Assembly (NCBI GenBank): GCA_951406725.2
Contig: OX597814.1
Coordinates: forward strand, 219,108,001 to 219,172,000
DNA from: Octopus vulgaris
Lineage: Eukaryota
Reading direction: 5' to 3'
DNA length: 64,000 nt
In this document: in pieces, positions 27,625 through 42,349 of the stretch
Position numbering within the stretch: position 1 is the first letter of the stretch
Layout of the letters: each line of letters starts with the position of its first letter
Notes under the pieces: generated by a model
What the model was told of the DNA's origin: nothing
Databases searched by the model: none
Seen by the model: the letters and a program-made list of their open reading frames with translations, nothing else
Program-made: the position numbers and the translations under genes

Positions 27625-28769
27625 ATAAGAGATAAAGATATGTGTATATGCACATAGTAGATGAACATATAATGTCAACTCCAGAGTGCACTGAGTGCAT
27701 TATTTTACTTGGCTCCAGCACTAAGAAGGTCACCAAGTAACTTGCAAGACAAAGACATCTCGACTTGGAGTGGGAGTAGCATTGAGAGAGGTGCTATCTT
27801 GCCTGGTGACAAGTTGAAGTATGGTGGGACAGAAACCGAGGAGATGCCTGGCTGCCTCAGTGAGGGAGGGAGAGGGACCTTGGTGAAGATGTGTTGGTGC
27901 ATACCCACAAGGAACCGGCAAAAGTAAGTGATGCAAAGGATTGGACAGAGTGAGGGTGCTGGTAAGGTTTGCAAAAGTGCAAAAAGGGGGAGAGAAATGA
28001 GTTATTGGGGGTGGTGAGACTCGCCAGGGACAGGTTTTGTGCAGGGCATAGATGCATATAACATGTCTTTGATGTTTCATCTTTGCCTTGACGATTGGGT
28101 AGTTTTCCTGTGCCACAAATCACCCTTCATCTCACTGTTTTGTCATCTCCTTTGTGAGGCTCAACATCTGGAGGTAATTTTTTATCACTTCATCCCATGT
28201 CTTCTTGCTGGGGTCATCCTCTCCCATAGGTTTCATTCACATTTGGTGACTGACATTTCTTCTTTATGCAGCTGTCTTCATCCACATGCATCGCATGACC
28301 ATATCAGTGCAGTCTTCTCTCTTGCACATCACATCTGGTGCCTCTCATGCTCAATTTCTCTTTCAGCACATTTTCTCTTAGTTCTATACGAACACTGATG
28401 CTTCCCTGTTCCAGTGGAGCCTGCTAGCTTCTTTCTTTCAAGCCTTCACAGATCCCCTGCATTCACAGCCAAAAGCTTGGGGACAAAATTTGCTTTGGAG
28501 GTGCAAACCCAGGCACAAAAGTTTCTACAAACAAAGTCTTATTGTTTATTTATTTATTTGTTTTTGTTCTTTGTGAAGGAACCTAACTTCAAGCTATGTT
28601 TTACTGATCACTTTTTACACACTGAAAAAAGGATTTTGATTTTGCATCCCAAAAGAATTTTGGGAGGTGTGCTTGTGCCCCTTCTTCTCAGGGCCATGTT
28701 CACAGCACATGATTCTTATCATGTAGCATTGCCATTCACACACAAGCATTATACAATCTGCCTTTCATT

Positions 28770-29390
28770 CTAAACTCTCTCCATCCTACTCTTATTCTGG
28801 CAACCTCCTCCATTGCTAATTTGATCATCTAGCCAATAAAAACTATCTACTACTTCTAAAGAACCTCTTGGGCATTTGATGAAATCTTCTTTGCTCCTGT
28901 GTATCTGCTACACACAAAGTCCTCTTCCTCTGTTAATCTTCCTGTGATTCCCTGGCACCTCTGATGTGTCCATACTTTGTACTCGACACACAGTGTGGAA
29001 TTTCAAGCCATACCATTCCCAAAGGTTTAAGTAATTTGTTTGTTTTCTTGCTTACTAGAACCTTGGTCTTCTCCAAAGTTAGTTTTAAATCCATTGATTC
29101 CAGGTTTTGCTTCCACACCTAGTATTTCTTTTTTAATTCTACTACAGGTTCAGCTACATGAACAAGGTTATCCCTTTAGAGGAGGTCCCATTGGTAACCA
29201 GGCTTAAACTCCTCTATTATGGTCTGGAGGACTATGATAAATAAGAAGGGACTGAAAAATGAGCCCTGGTGACACCCACATGCAAATTAAATTCGTTGCT
29301 ATACTAATTACTCTCACCTTACTGACAACACCTCTGTACGTGGCTTGGAAGATCCTGCTAGCCATTCATCTAATCCAAACATCCACAGTA
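28770..29390 (-). mobile_element. Degraded RTE-like LINE reverse transcriptase fragment
   Basis: HQGSFFSPFLFIIVLQ (QGS.LSP.LF RT motif) and WKQNLES.DLKLTLEKTKVLVS; stops and frameshifts. Confidence 0.65.
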
Positions 29391-29819
29391 ACTTCTAGAT
29401 GAATGAGCAGTCATATATATATATCATCATCATCATTTAATGTCCATTGTCCATGCTGGCATGGGTTGGACGGTTTGACTGGGCTGGCACGCTGGAAGGC
29501 TGCACCAGACTCCAGTCTGATTTGGCATCGTTTTCTACACCTGGATGCCCTTCCTAACAGCAACTACTCAGAGTGATGGAATGAGCACATATATTTTATT
29601 GTGTATGGAGAGAATCATTCTGTTTTAATGCTTTATTAATTAACACTGAATAAATAAGTAAATGAGTGGAAATCGAACCAGTGGGTGTGTTAATTAAAAC
29701 AGAATGACTCTCCGCGGACACAGTAAAATATGCTTCAACACACGAATTCACATAACGAATCTTCCAAACCAAATACAAAAACATGGATATATATACAGAT
29801 ATATATAATAAACACGTGT

Positions 29820-29924
29820 TTATTATATATATATATATATGAATAAAATGAGCATATGTGTATATATAAATGTGTATATATATATGTATTAAAGTATGTA
29901 TATATATATGTATACATGTATATA

Positions 29925-29979
<55 letters not shown>

Positions 29980-30823
29980 AAAAGAATGTATATATGTGTA
30001 TATGTATATATGTGTATATATGAATGTATGTATATGTATATACATACATATTTACACATATGAGTAATTCTTGTTTTTTATATAATTTTCATCTGTCTAC
30101 CACTGGTATTTGAGTACTCTTTTTCCACCTTGTTTACATATTATTATGTATATATGTGTCTGTATATATATACTATTTATATATGAATTTTCCATATTTA
30201 CACATAGAGAACATTCTTTTCTTTGTAGTTTGATCGTAGGTGATCTACTTCTAGCATACGGCTGACCACCGAGTGGTTTTTTTAGCCCTTTAAATATACA
30301 CATGTATTAGAATTTTCTCTGATTTTTCAGATTTTTGTATGCTAGGCGACTGGTTTTAAATTGATATTCAATTTATCTCCCTCATTATTTAAATGTATAT
30401 GTATATATGTGTAAATATGTATGTATATGTATATATGTGTAAATATGTATGTATATGTATATATATGTGTATATAGGTATATACATGTATATGTACATAC
30501 ATGTATATGTATATACATGTATATATCTTTTCTGTACATTTTATATGTATATATATTGTATAAACCTCTATATATATATCTAACATACTGTATATACTAT
30601 TTATATGTCCTTATATATATGTTACCAAAGACTTATATTTATATGTAATGTATAATTTGTAACAACCAATATTTAACGCATATATTTCCATATGTATATA
30701 TATTTGATAATCTTTATATATATAGTGAAACCGGTAAAGTAAATAAACATCTTTAAATTGCATATGTATCATAACCTTCTTTCGTATATAATTCCATATG
30801 TATATATATATAACTCAACTATG

Positions 30824-30865
<42 letters not shown>

Positions 30866-31002
30866 CATCATCATCATCATCATCGTATAACGTCCGCTAT
30901 CCATGCTAGCATATATATATATTTGTATATATATATATATTTGTATGTATATATATATTTGTGTATGTATATATATATTTGTATATATATATATATATAC
31001 AA

Positions 31003-31036
<34 letters not shown>

Positions 31037-31061
31037 TTGTATATGTATGTATATATATGTG

Positions 31062-31094
<33 letters not shown>

Positions 31095-31103
31095 GTGTAT
31101 ATG

Positions 31104-31134
<31 letters not shown>

Positions 31135-32083
31135 GTATGCATATATATGTATGTATATATATGTATGCATCGCGGAGTGGTTGGCATTAGGAAGGGCATC
31201 CAGCTATAGAAACTCTGCCAGATCAGACTGGAGCCTGGTGCAGCCCCTGGCTTCCCAGACCCCGGTCGAACCGTCCAACCTATGCTAGCATGGAGAACGG
31301 ACGTTAAACAATGATGATGATGATGATGTATGTATATATATGTATGCATATATATGTATATATGCTAGAAATAGCATATGTATATATGTGTATATATATA
31401 TGTATATATATGTGTATATATGTGTATATATATATGTACATATATGCATTTATATATGTGTATATATGTACATATATATATATATGTATGTATATGTATA
31501 TATATGTACATATATGCATATATGTATGTGTATATATGTGTATATATATGTGTATATATGTGTATATATATGTATATATATGTGTATATATATGTATATA
31601 TATATGCATATATGTATGTGTATATATATGTATATATGTATGTATATATATATGTATATATGTATGCATATATATATGTATATATATGCATATATATATA
31701 TGTATATACATGTATATATATATGTATATATATGCATTTATATATGCATATATATATGTATATAGATGCATATATATATGTATATATATGCATATATGTG
31801 TATACATATGTGCATATATGTGTGTATGTGTATATATATATGCGTGTGTGTGTATAATACATGTGTGTGTATATATGTGTGAATATATATGCTTATATAT
31901 ATGCATATATATATATGTGTGTGTGTATATATACGTGTATATATATGTATATGTGTATATATATATGTGTGTATATATATGTGTGTATATATATATGTGT
32001 ATATATATATGTGTATATATATGTGTGTATATATATGTGTGTGTATATATATTTGTGTGTATATATATGTGTGTATATATATA
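29820..32083. repeat. (TA)/(TATG) low-complexity region with embedded repeat fragments
   Basis: Directly visible; RTE-tail fragment at 31170-31327. Confidence 0.9.
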
Positions 32084-32099
32084 ACTAAATAGTTTGCAA

Positions 32100-32520
32100 A
32101 ATGCTGTCAGGACGTGAAGATGACTTGGAAGCTTGCTATGCAATAAAATTTTGGGTCACTTAAGCAAAAATGCTGGAGAAACTTATGAAATGGTCCAGAT
32201 TGCTTATAGATGAACTCATATGAACCAAGCATCTGCTCTCCGCTGGTACCAGAGGCCAAGCAAAGCAAGTCCATTAGGGGGCTCATGGTGATCCCCTTTT
32301 TTATGACAACAGGGGTCTTATCTACATCCATGGGGTTCCCTGTGGCCAAACAGTCAACAAAGAGTTGTATGTGGAATTTTTGTGTGAGTTCAAAAAGAGA
32401 ATTTGTCATAGAATGCCAGAACATCTGTTCCAGAACAATGTACCAGTCTATAGTTCCATTCCGTTAACTTACTGCTTGACAGAGATGGGCATGAAAACTG
32501 CCCCTCATCTTCTCCCCCAT
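32100..32520 (+). pseudogene. Mariner transposase remnant
   Basis: LMVIPF.YDNRGLIYIHGVPCGQTVNKELYVEFL, QNNVPVYSS, LTEMGMKTAPH; deletions and frameshifts. Confidence 0.72.
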
Positions 32521-33290
32521 GTGTAGGTGACTGACTAGCTAGATTCTGAGACCATTCAGAACATGGTAAAAGGAAGCTGCATTGTTCCTATGGTGAACAT
32601 TCATTATCAGTTACCTCATTGACACTTCTGTAATAATGATCCCTATTGATCAATTTTTTTTCCTTTCCCATTTAAAAAAAATTTTTATCGCCCCCCCCTT
32701 CTTTTTGTCCCTCTTTCTTTCCTGTTTACGATCCCTTTTGATCGCAAACCAAACCCCCTTTTTTACCCCCAAAAGAAAAGCTCTACCTTGTAATTTGTCC
32801 TGTCTGTGTGCAGCCCTGTGCGGCTAATAAAGAAACATATCAGTTACCTGGATTACTGCTCCCAATTATAGTCCCCAGAAAATGTCAAAGTAACAATACC
32901 ACGAAAAGGTCCACAATTTTTCAATTCCTTGCCAAAAAGCCTCACATATCTACAAGAAGTAATATAGATGTATTCATTGAATATTCAGACAAATTTTCAA
33001 TCTTAGATGCCTGGCAAATTCAAATTATGACAAGAAACACAAAGAAGAGCAGCTTTGTGCATCTCACCACTTCACCAGAACCAACTTTGGCAATAGGGTT
33101 TGGAGAATTAGTCTAAAATAAGCATTAATGCTAATGCCCCGCCCCCTCCATCCAGCATGGCTCTGGTTGAAACCAAGGGAACACACACATACACATGTAT
33201 ATGTATGTGTGCATATATATTTATAGATATTATATATATTGTGTGATACTATATAAATTATATTGTTTAATTTGTAATTTTATGTAATAT

Positions 33291-33456
33291 AGGAGTGGCT
33301 GTGTGGTAAGTAGCTTGCTAACCAACCACATGGTTGTGGGTTCAGTTCCACTGCGTGGCACCTTGGGCAAGTGTCTTCTACTATAGCCCCGGGCCGACCA
33401 ATGCCTTGTGAGTGGATTTGGTAGACGGAAACTGAAAGAAGCCTGTCGTATATATG

Positions 33457-33496
<40 letters not shown>

Positions 33497-33727
33497 AGTG
33501 TGTGTGTGTGTGTCGGTTTGTGTGTCTGTGTTTGTCCCCCTAGCATTGCTTGACAACCGATGCTGGTGTGTTTACGTCCCCGTAACTTAGCAGTTCGGCA
33601 AAAGAGACCGATAGAATAAGTACTGGGCTTACAAAGAATAAGTCCCGGGGTCGATTTGATCGACTAAAAGGCGGTGCTCCAGCATGGCCGCAGTCAAATG
33701 ACTGAAACAAGTAAAAGAGTAAAGAGT
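33291..33727 (+). mobile_element. SINE family C
   Basis: Full-length copy matching 20915. Confidence 0.87.
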
Positions 33728-33875
33728 ATATATTAATTATACATCTATCTACACACTCTCATATATATATATATATATCATCATCATCATCATCGTTTAA
33801 CGTCCGCTTTCCATGCTAGCATGGGTTGGACGGTTCAACCGGGGTCTGGGGAGCCCGAAGGCTGCACCAGGCCAG

Positions 33876-33907
<32 letters not shown>

Positions 33908-36491
33908 TATTTAAATAAAGTCTATGACTGGTCTATAGACACACACTGAATAAATATTTTTAAATGACTGCAATTTATAGATGCAAAGAACAAAAGATTG
34001 AAAATCAGCTCTTTACGGTCTGTTTGGAGCTTCCTGGTGATAGGAAGCAGATCTTTCTGGAATTACACTCTGTATTCATAAAAGTGCACAGTGGATGATG
34101 TTGTCTATGTTTTCAAAAAAACTTAGCTGCCCATAGCTGGAATGCTTTTCAGCATGGGCCTGTTTGACAACCACAATAGATCAGAAGATGCATAGCATCA
34201 ATCATTATATCAACTATGTTTATGTAATATAAAGTATTGTTATAAATAACGATTATTTTTCACACTGCACAAGTATGAATTTTTTTTTTTTTTCCCCTTT
34301 TTCTTGTTGGAGAGAATGTGTTAAAGTCAATCAAGTCGATGCGGGGATATTACTACTGCTAGTTATTTTATTGACCCTCCGAAGGATGAAAAGCAGTGAA
34401 AAGTCTGGTGGGATTTGAACAAAAAAAAAAAAAAAGCTGAAATTGATGAAGCTAAATAGTTAATGCATTCAGTCGGACGCTCAACTGATATGACCATCAC
34501 CACCACTTTCTATCAAACCGTTATTGGAATTGATTTAATCAACTGTATCCTCACTTCCCCCATTGAGTTTTACCTCTTTTTCTTGTCAGACAAATGTATT
34601 AACATTGATTTCACATATTGTAGGTGAGAAATGCTGGTGTTTGAAACCGCTCCAGTCCATCAACAGTAATAATTTTATTGATTGCTCTCAGGCAATTAAT
34701 ATCATTCCACTTTTCTATCAATCTCTCTCTCTCTCTTAGTTTCATATTTAAGCATGAAATCTTAGATTTATTGGGGAAGGGGCATGAAATAATGGCGTTA
34801 ATGACTTTCCAAAGAGTATTTAGCAATGCGGATTAATTAATTCTATTAATAAAGGTGCATACCTCAACTTACATCAGTTCAGGTTACATCTTTTTCAATT
34901 TTGTTGGGTTTTTTTTGTTTTAAAAAAATACATCTCAACTTCAGTTGATTTTATCCGACTTTGCATCGACCACGGCAAACATTTTTAAATGCATAAAAAT
35001 CAAAACACCACCTAAAAACCAACACCAAAATAGAAAATCAGATAAAATACACATGAAAATATGTACAAACTATTCGTTAAAAAAAATATAAGCTAAAAAA
35101 ATACTTTGGAATGCTTTTGCATGTTACGTCATTTTGAGTTGCATGTCTTGGAACAAATTCTCAAAGTTCATGTATTCCTGCATATGGAAAGCAAAATCAG
35201 GTTTGGGGGTCTTGGGTCTCTGTTCTGCTCTTACTGCTTGTTAGTAGCAGTGGTTCACATTTTCATTAAACTCCAAATTCATTTGTGCAAAGGGTGTGAC
35301 TATGTGATGTTCATGCCTTTCTCCAAAGCATAAGTGGCACAACAGGTTAAATTCTTTATTTGATAAAAAATTTTTTAATATATTTTATCAAAAGAATCTA
35401 CAGAACTGGTACTGGAAAAGTTAAGAAATAAATTTATCTTGATTTCTTCAATCCTACACCTAGGGCTTGATTACTTCTGAAGGAGGAATCCCTCTCTGGA
35501 ATCCTTCCATCACTGTCTGTCTCTGACCATTCTTTGTTTATCACATGGGATGTTTGCTGCTGGAAGAATGTAACTTAGTACACTGGACTTCATAATGTTG
35601 CTGCTACTTACAAGGTTAACTAATACTGTTTAAAACTAGATGGACATAGCCAGTGGGAGCAGCCTTTGCTTAACACACACACACACACACATCCCTCATC
35701 CTTCAGTTCCTCATCTTGTGTATCACTCTGCATCCAGATTTGATTGCACACCAAGTAGAAGAGAGTGATCTGAAAGGATAGTTGCCAGAATAAGGACTAA
35801 CTTTGAAAAATTCAAAGAACTCTTACCTTATCTCTCCTAGCAAGAAGAGGTTCTCTCTTTGAGTGTTGGGTATATTGTATATTGCCTGTGTAAAAAGTGT
35901 GATGCTGAATGGCAGTGAAAGATGAGCATTGAACGCAAAGGGTGTGTGGAGGCTGGAGAGAAATAAAGTGATTCTGTTCTGCTGGGTGTGTAATGTTTGT
36001 GTGCATGGGTGGTGCGATGCAGATGAGCTGTGAGATAAACTAAATGAAAGTGGAATCGGTTGTAGTGTGCAAGAATGAAGTCTGTGTCAGTACAGACATG
36101 CAGTCATCATCATCATCATCATCATCGTTTAACGTCCGTTCTCCATGCTAGCATGGGTTGGACGGTTTGACCGGGGTCTGGGAAGCCAGAAGGCTGCACC
36201 AGGCTCCAGTCTTATCTGGCAATGTTTCTACAGCTGGATGCCCATTCCTAACAGTTGAATAAAGAAGTGTCAGGATATCAAAGTGGAATGAAACCGTGGC
36301 AAAGGAAACCCAAGGAGGATATGGAGAGAAGTAGAAGCTGACCTCAGGACGTTGAACTCACAAGAGAGACGGAGAACAAACACAACAAATGTTGAGACAC
36401 TGTTTTGGAAAGGACACATACAAGCATAGAGAAGTGGACATAAAAATAATAATAATGATGATTATGAAGATGATATAAGTGTGTGTGTGTG

Positions 36492-36532
<41 letters not shown>

Positions 36533-38226
36533 TTATTTATAATATATATATATAAAGTGGACAGCTATCTGCAGGATGTGAGGCCACATATCTACATTAA
36601 CCTCTCTGATCTACATCCTGTTATCTTGCTGTCTATCTATCAATCAATATTACAGTTTTAATTCACTAATAGAAGATTGTGGGTGACTTTTGAAAGTCAA
36701 ATATAAACACATCTAAGTAAGTTTTTTTGATCTATACACAAGCCTGACATAGTAGAAATTCAATAAGAGTAGAACATACAGCAGGCGAGCAGTGAGAATG
36801 GAAATAATAGAAAACAATTGAAGATGTTCTTACATTTTTGCCTAGATGGATTGTGTAAGTATTATTGTTCTGTGCTAAAGTACGATTGGCAGATGTAGCT
36901 GGCATACTTATGTTTGTAGTCTGTGAATAGAAACTGTATTCCAGTACATACCACCTTCTACTAAATTCATAAATGTGGCTCTGCTCAATATTGGCTAAAA
37001 CAATAATAGCCTGAATTCCTGTCTTAAGTGGAGTTGTGATCAATGAAAAATACCTAGACAGGTGCCTTTTATTTAACAAACATTTAGGAACTAGCTTCCC
37101 ATACAAATAACTAGATTTTGTTTTTCTATTATTACCGTTAGTCTCTTTTCTATTACTTTTCTACTTTCATTGCTATTATTATCACCACCATGATTATTTC
37201 TACTGGCCTAAATGGAGAGTGTACCTTCTTGCTTTGAGAGAGAGAGAGATACTTACAATGGCTGAAATAAGGCTTGTACTTATTACCTTGTACTCTGTAC
37301 TCCATTTCTTTAATCTTTCAGACATTGTTCTTAATATACAAAGAATTTGTTTTTGAAATAACCTCCCAAAGAAAAATGAGGTAATACACCCAAGAACATG
37401 CCAATTCTTTAATTCTGTATGTGATTATAAGTGCTGGCATGGCTGTGGTTAAGAAGCTTGCTTTACAACCATGTCGTTTCAGGTTCAGTCCCACTGTGCA
37501 GCACCATAGGAAAATGTCTTTTACTATAGCCCTGAGCTGACCAATACTTTGTGAGTGAATTTGGCAGATGGAAATTCTGTGGAAATCTGACATTGCAACT
37601 CTATCATCTTTACTACTTTTGCTGCTCCCCCCCCCACAACTATCTTCTGCAACTTTGCCCCATCTTCCTCAGTTACTAGTTCTTGTTCATCCACCCTTCA
37701 ATCTTACCATTGTAGCAGTCTGCTCCATCCCTTCATTCTGCTTCCCATACAGTCTTGCAAACCACTCACCTCAGTTTGCCTTGTGGGGCCAGTGGGCACC
37801 TCATCACTATTATCTATCTCTTTCAGCTCCTGCTGATTATTTTCACTTTCTCTTTCTCCTACTAAATGTGAGTAGCCTTGCACATCCATCTATAAGAACT
37901 GCCCTGCTCCCTACCTCCCATAATAACCCTTTTGGCCCCTAGCATAAAGCTGACCACCCCCACCTCCCCCAGGCTTCATAGTCTTGCAAACTGCATGGCG
38001 ACCTGAATAGTCCAGGTGGTGTGAAGAAAGCACCTGGACCACATGGTGAAGTGGTTGGCATTAGGAAGGGCATCAAGCTGTAGAAACCATGTGGAAGCAA
38101 ATATTGGAGCCTGATACAGCCATTGGACACATCGGATCCTGTCAAACTATCCAACTCATGCCAGTTCGGAACATAGATATTAAACAATGATAATGATGCA
38201 TATATACACATGCCCCTCTTCCTATT

Positions 38227-38419
38227 ACTCTCTTTTACTCTTTTCAGTCATTTGACTGCGGCCATGCTGGAGCACCGCCTTTAGTCGAGCAACTCGACCC
38301 TGGGACTTATTCTTTTTGTAAGCCCAGTACTTATTCTATCGGTCTCTTTTTGCCGAACCGCTAAGTGACGGGGACGTAAACACACCAGCATTGGTTGTCA
38401 AGCAATGCTAGGGGAACAA

Positions 38420-38475
<56 letters not shown>

Positions 38476-38632
38476 GACAGGCTTCTTTCAGTTTCAGTCT
38501 AACAAATCCACTCACAAGGCATTGGTCGGCCCGAGGCTATAGCAGAAGACACTTGCCCAAGATGCCATGCAGTGGGACTGAACCCGGAACCATGTGGTTG
38601 GTAAGCAAGCTACTTACCCCACAGCCACTCCT
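38227..38632 (-). mobile_element. SINE family C
   Basis: Full-length copy. Confidence 0.87.
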
Positions 38633-39779
38633 ATTGCCTCATCTTCCTAACATTCCTCTCTTGTGTCAGCAACTCCCTGCATACCCTTCCCTCATCACCA
38701 ACTCTCCTTTGGCACTCTTGCAATCTTTCCGTCCCACCCCCAACTGATTCTCTGTACCACTTACCTACCCCTCCATCTAACTTGAGGACATGTCTCAATG
38801 CATCTTCACCATCTCTCTCTTCTCTTCTCTCTCTCCGACTGAGGCAACCATGTATCTCTCCTACTGCAAGACCCCTGTTTCCATCCCCGTCTTATACTCT
38901 AACCTCATACCACTTGGCACAAAGCCACCCCCCTCAATCTCAATACTACTCTCCCCTCAGGTGAGTGGTCTTGTCTTGCAGGTTACTTGGTGATTTTCCT
39001 GGTGTACCAGGTACAAAGCACCCAGTATACTCTGTAAAGTGGTTGGTGTTAGGAAGGGTATCTAGTCATAGAAACCATGCCAAAGCAGAGAGTTAAGCTT
39101 GGGACAGTCCTCTGTCTAACTAGCTCCTGTCAAACCGTCCAACCCATGCCAGCATGGTAAAGTGAAATGATGATGATATCATCATCATGAAATCCCCCTT
39201 GACAAATTCTCTCTAATTCATGCAAGCATGAAAAAGTAGGCATTAAAACAATGATGATGATGATGAATTGCTACTGGTTTCTCTGACCCCGAGTTTTTAT
39301 TGTTTGTACAACATTCAAGCCATGACTGTTCGATCTTCTTTCCTGACATGTTTTATGCAAGACTAAAGTCTCCATTTTTAAGACAGTAGTGAAAGGTGGA
39401 ACAAGAAATAGTTGCAAATTGTGGCTAGTCAAGTAATGCTTTAGATGTGTGAGTCATGGCTAGTCATGGCTAGATGATCAGCTGATTTACCTCATGCTGT
39501 ATAATATGAATTCAATGGGAGGTGATTGGGAGCTACATAACAGCTAACTCAGGTGATGATACAAATCTTTTGTCTTTCACTTGCTTCAGTCATTTGACTG
39601 TGGCCATGCTGGGGTACCACTTTGAAAGATTCTAGTCAAATAAATCAACCCCAGGACATTTTATTAAAGCCTACTACTTATTCTATCAGTTTCCTTTGCC
39701 AAATCACTAAGTTAGAAGGATGCTGACACTAGTGGTCAAGGGGTGGGTGGGGGACAAACACAGACATAGACAGACACAT

Positions 39780-39924
39780 AGATATATATAAATATATACA
39801 TATATATACACACACACACACACATATATGTATATATATGTGTGTATATGTATATATATGTGTATATGTATATATATATGTATATATATGTGTATATGTA
39901 TATATATATATATATGTGTATATG

Positions 39925-39979
<55 letters not shown>

Positions 39980-40243
39980 ATATGTGTGTGTATATATGTG
40001 TGTGTGTGTGTATATGTGTGTGTATATATGTGTGTGTATATATATATGTGTTATATATATGTATGTATATATGTGTTATATATATATGTATGTATATATG
40101 TGTATACATATATATATATGTGTATATATATGTGTATACATATATATATATATATATGTGTATACATATATATATATGTGTGTATACATATATATATATA
40201 TATATGTGTGTATATATGTGAGTATATATATATATATATATAT
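39780..40243. repeat. (TA)/(TG) low-complexity tract
   Basis: Directly visible. Confidence 0.95.
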
Positions 40244-40249
40244 ATCTTC

Positions 40250-41210
40250 TCCCAAACTTTGGCATCGAGAGTTACACAAATATGAGAACTGGGCACCACT
40301 GCATAGTGGCAAGGACTCCAAATTTGCCATCAAATTATAGGACAAAATACTGCAAGAGCCTGGGCTTCAGAGGACCACAGCTCCTCAATGTCCTCCCAAA
40401 GAAACTGACAGACCTGCATGGGGTGGATGTAGGTGTCTTCTAAATAAAGCTGGACCTCTTACTCTCGGGTGTCCCAGATGAGCCAACTTCGTGGCAGGAG
40501 ATGCAGAAATGTCAATTCCTAAAAAGCATTCGTGAAGTAGAATTAAGTAGCTACACCAAATGGTAGGGCTGAGGGTAATACTATGCAGTTTAATGCTGAA
40601 AAATTCCAGGCCCTGCGCTACCAGCATTCAAAACTGAATATGAAACTTACAGGGTACACTGGTCCACAGGGAATTTCAATCCCAGAACCTAAATTGGTGA
40701 GGGACCTGGGTATCGACATGAGTGATGATACCTCTTTCCAAGTGCACATTACCAGGATGGTGACAAAGTGCAGACGACTTGCTGGATGGATCCTGAGAAC
40801 ATTCAGAACCAGAGATAAGGAAACCATGATGGTCCTCTGGCAGACATTTGTCCTCAGCTGCTTGGATTACTACTCACAGCTATGGTCACCCACCAGTGTA
40901 AAATTAACAGCGGACCTTGAAGCAATCCAGAGAAGATTCACAAAGAAGATCTTCTCTTTGCAATAGCTCAGCTACTGGGAAAGGTTGAAATAGCTAAGAC
41001 TCTACTCCCTGGAGAGAAGATGGGAGAGGTATGAAGTAATATATATCTGGAAGATCCTGGAAGGAATTGTGCCAAATTTTGGCATTGAAAGCTACACCAA
41101 TGCCAGAATGGGACGACACTGCATAGTGCCAAACATCCCAGCAACGCCATCATGCTTCAGGACCAGTTACTGCAACAGCCTGGGTTTCAGGGGCCCACAG
41201 CTTTTTAATA
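40250..41210 (+). mobile_element. CR1-like LINE ORF2 3' fragments (older piece 40250-40510, larger piece about 40570-41210)
   Basis: MQFNAEKFQALRY..VRDLGIDMS..GWILRTF..LDYYSQLWSP..LEAIQRRFTK, SYWERL, LYSLERR, GPQLFN. Confidence 0.85.
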
Positions 41211-41279
41211 TTTTTTTTCTCTCTAGTTTCAGCTCAGAGCTGTGGCCATGCTGATGCACTGCCGTTTTCTATACTGTTA

Positions 41280-41700
41280 TTACTGAAAGACCCCTCTAAT
41301 ATGTAGCACTTGGTGAAGAATGGAGTTTGATGTAGCTACCCTCATTTGCACCTCTTGCCGTGAGGTAGGTTCATATGGGACTCTCAACAGGAAGAGGTCC
41401 AGCTTTGATTTAAATACACCTACATCTACTTTGTTCAGGTTTCTCAAGCTCTTTGGGAGATTATTAAAAAGCTGTGGGCCCCTGAAACCCAGGCTGTTGC
41501 AGTAGCTGGTCCTGAAGCACGATTGCATTGCTGGGATCTTTGGCACCATGCTGTGTCGTCCCATTCTGGCATTGGTGTAGCTTTCAATGCCAAAATTTGG
41601 CACAAGATCTTCCAGTTATATATTACTGCATACCTCTCCCATCTTCTATCCAGGGAGTAGAGTCTTAGCTGTTTCAACTTTTCCCAGTAGCTGATCTGTT
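41280..41700 (-). mobile_element. Inverted 5'-truncated copy of the same CR1-like LINE 3' end
   Basis: [57 protein letters not shown]. Confidence 0.85.
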
Positions 41701-42349
41701 GATATATATATATATGTATATATATATCAAGGGCTTGTTTCAGTTGCTGTCTACGAAATCCACTCTCACGGCTTTGATCAACCCGTGGTTATAGTAGAAA
41801 ACACTTAGCCAAGGTGTCATGCAATGGGACTGAACTCTGAAGCATATGTTCTGGAAGGAAGCTTCTTTCCACGCATTGATGCCTGCACGTAATATACACC
41901 TTCGCATTCTTCAGAGCTCTAACTTATGTTCTCTGTATTTTTTAACCACCCCCTCTCTCTCTTTCGGAGAGGCACTGAGCAGCTGTACGCACACATACAC
42001 ACACGGCAGTAACTTCCACCTACCGAATTCAATCACAAAGTTCCGGTCGGCTCGGGGCTATAGTGGAAGACACCTACCCAAAGTGCCACGCAGTGGGACT
42101 GAACCCGAAACCATGTAGCAAGCTTCCTAACCACACAGCCATGCCCGTGCCTACATATATACATGAATTAATTTCCTTGGGTTTTTGCTGGTACCATTTT
42201 GTCAAAATTGGAAATGTATACTCTTTTACATAGATTCCAATAGAAATTAGAATAACTCATCATGGCTGGTAGTCAAGTGCCTTAACCGCAGAGCCACCAT
42301 TCAATTGCTTCTAACATAAGTACAATGCTTGGATGCTTACTCTTTCTCT

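Noticed and set aside
30690-30745. Possible Penelope-associated hammerhead ribozyme (..TGAAACCGGT)
   Set aside because: The CUGAUGA core is not intact (TTGATAA) and the stems cannot be supported
26763-32143. Long Y/I/H/T/C/V-rich ORFs (also 12323-12868, 39729-40345, 45693-46062)
   Set aside because: Translations of (TA)n, (CA)n and (TG)n tracts that lack stop codons
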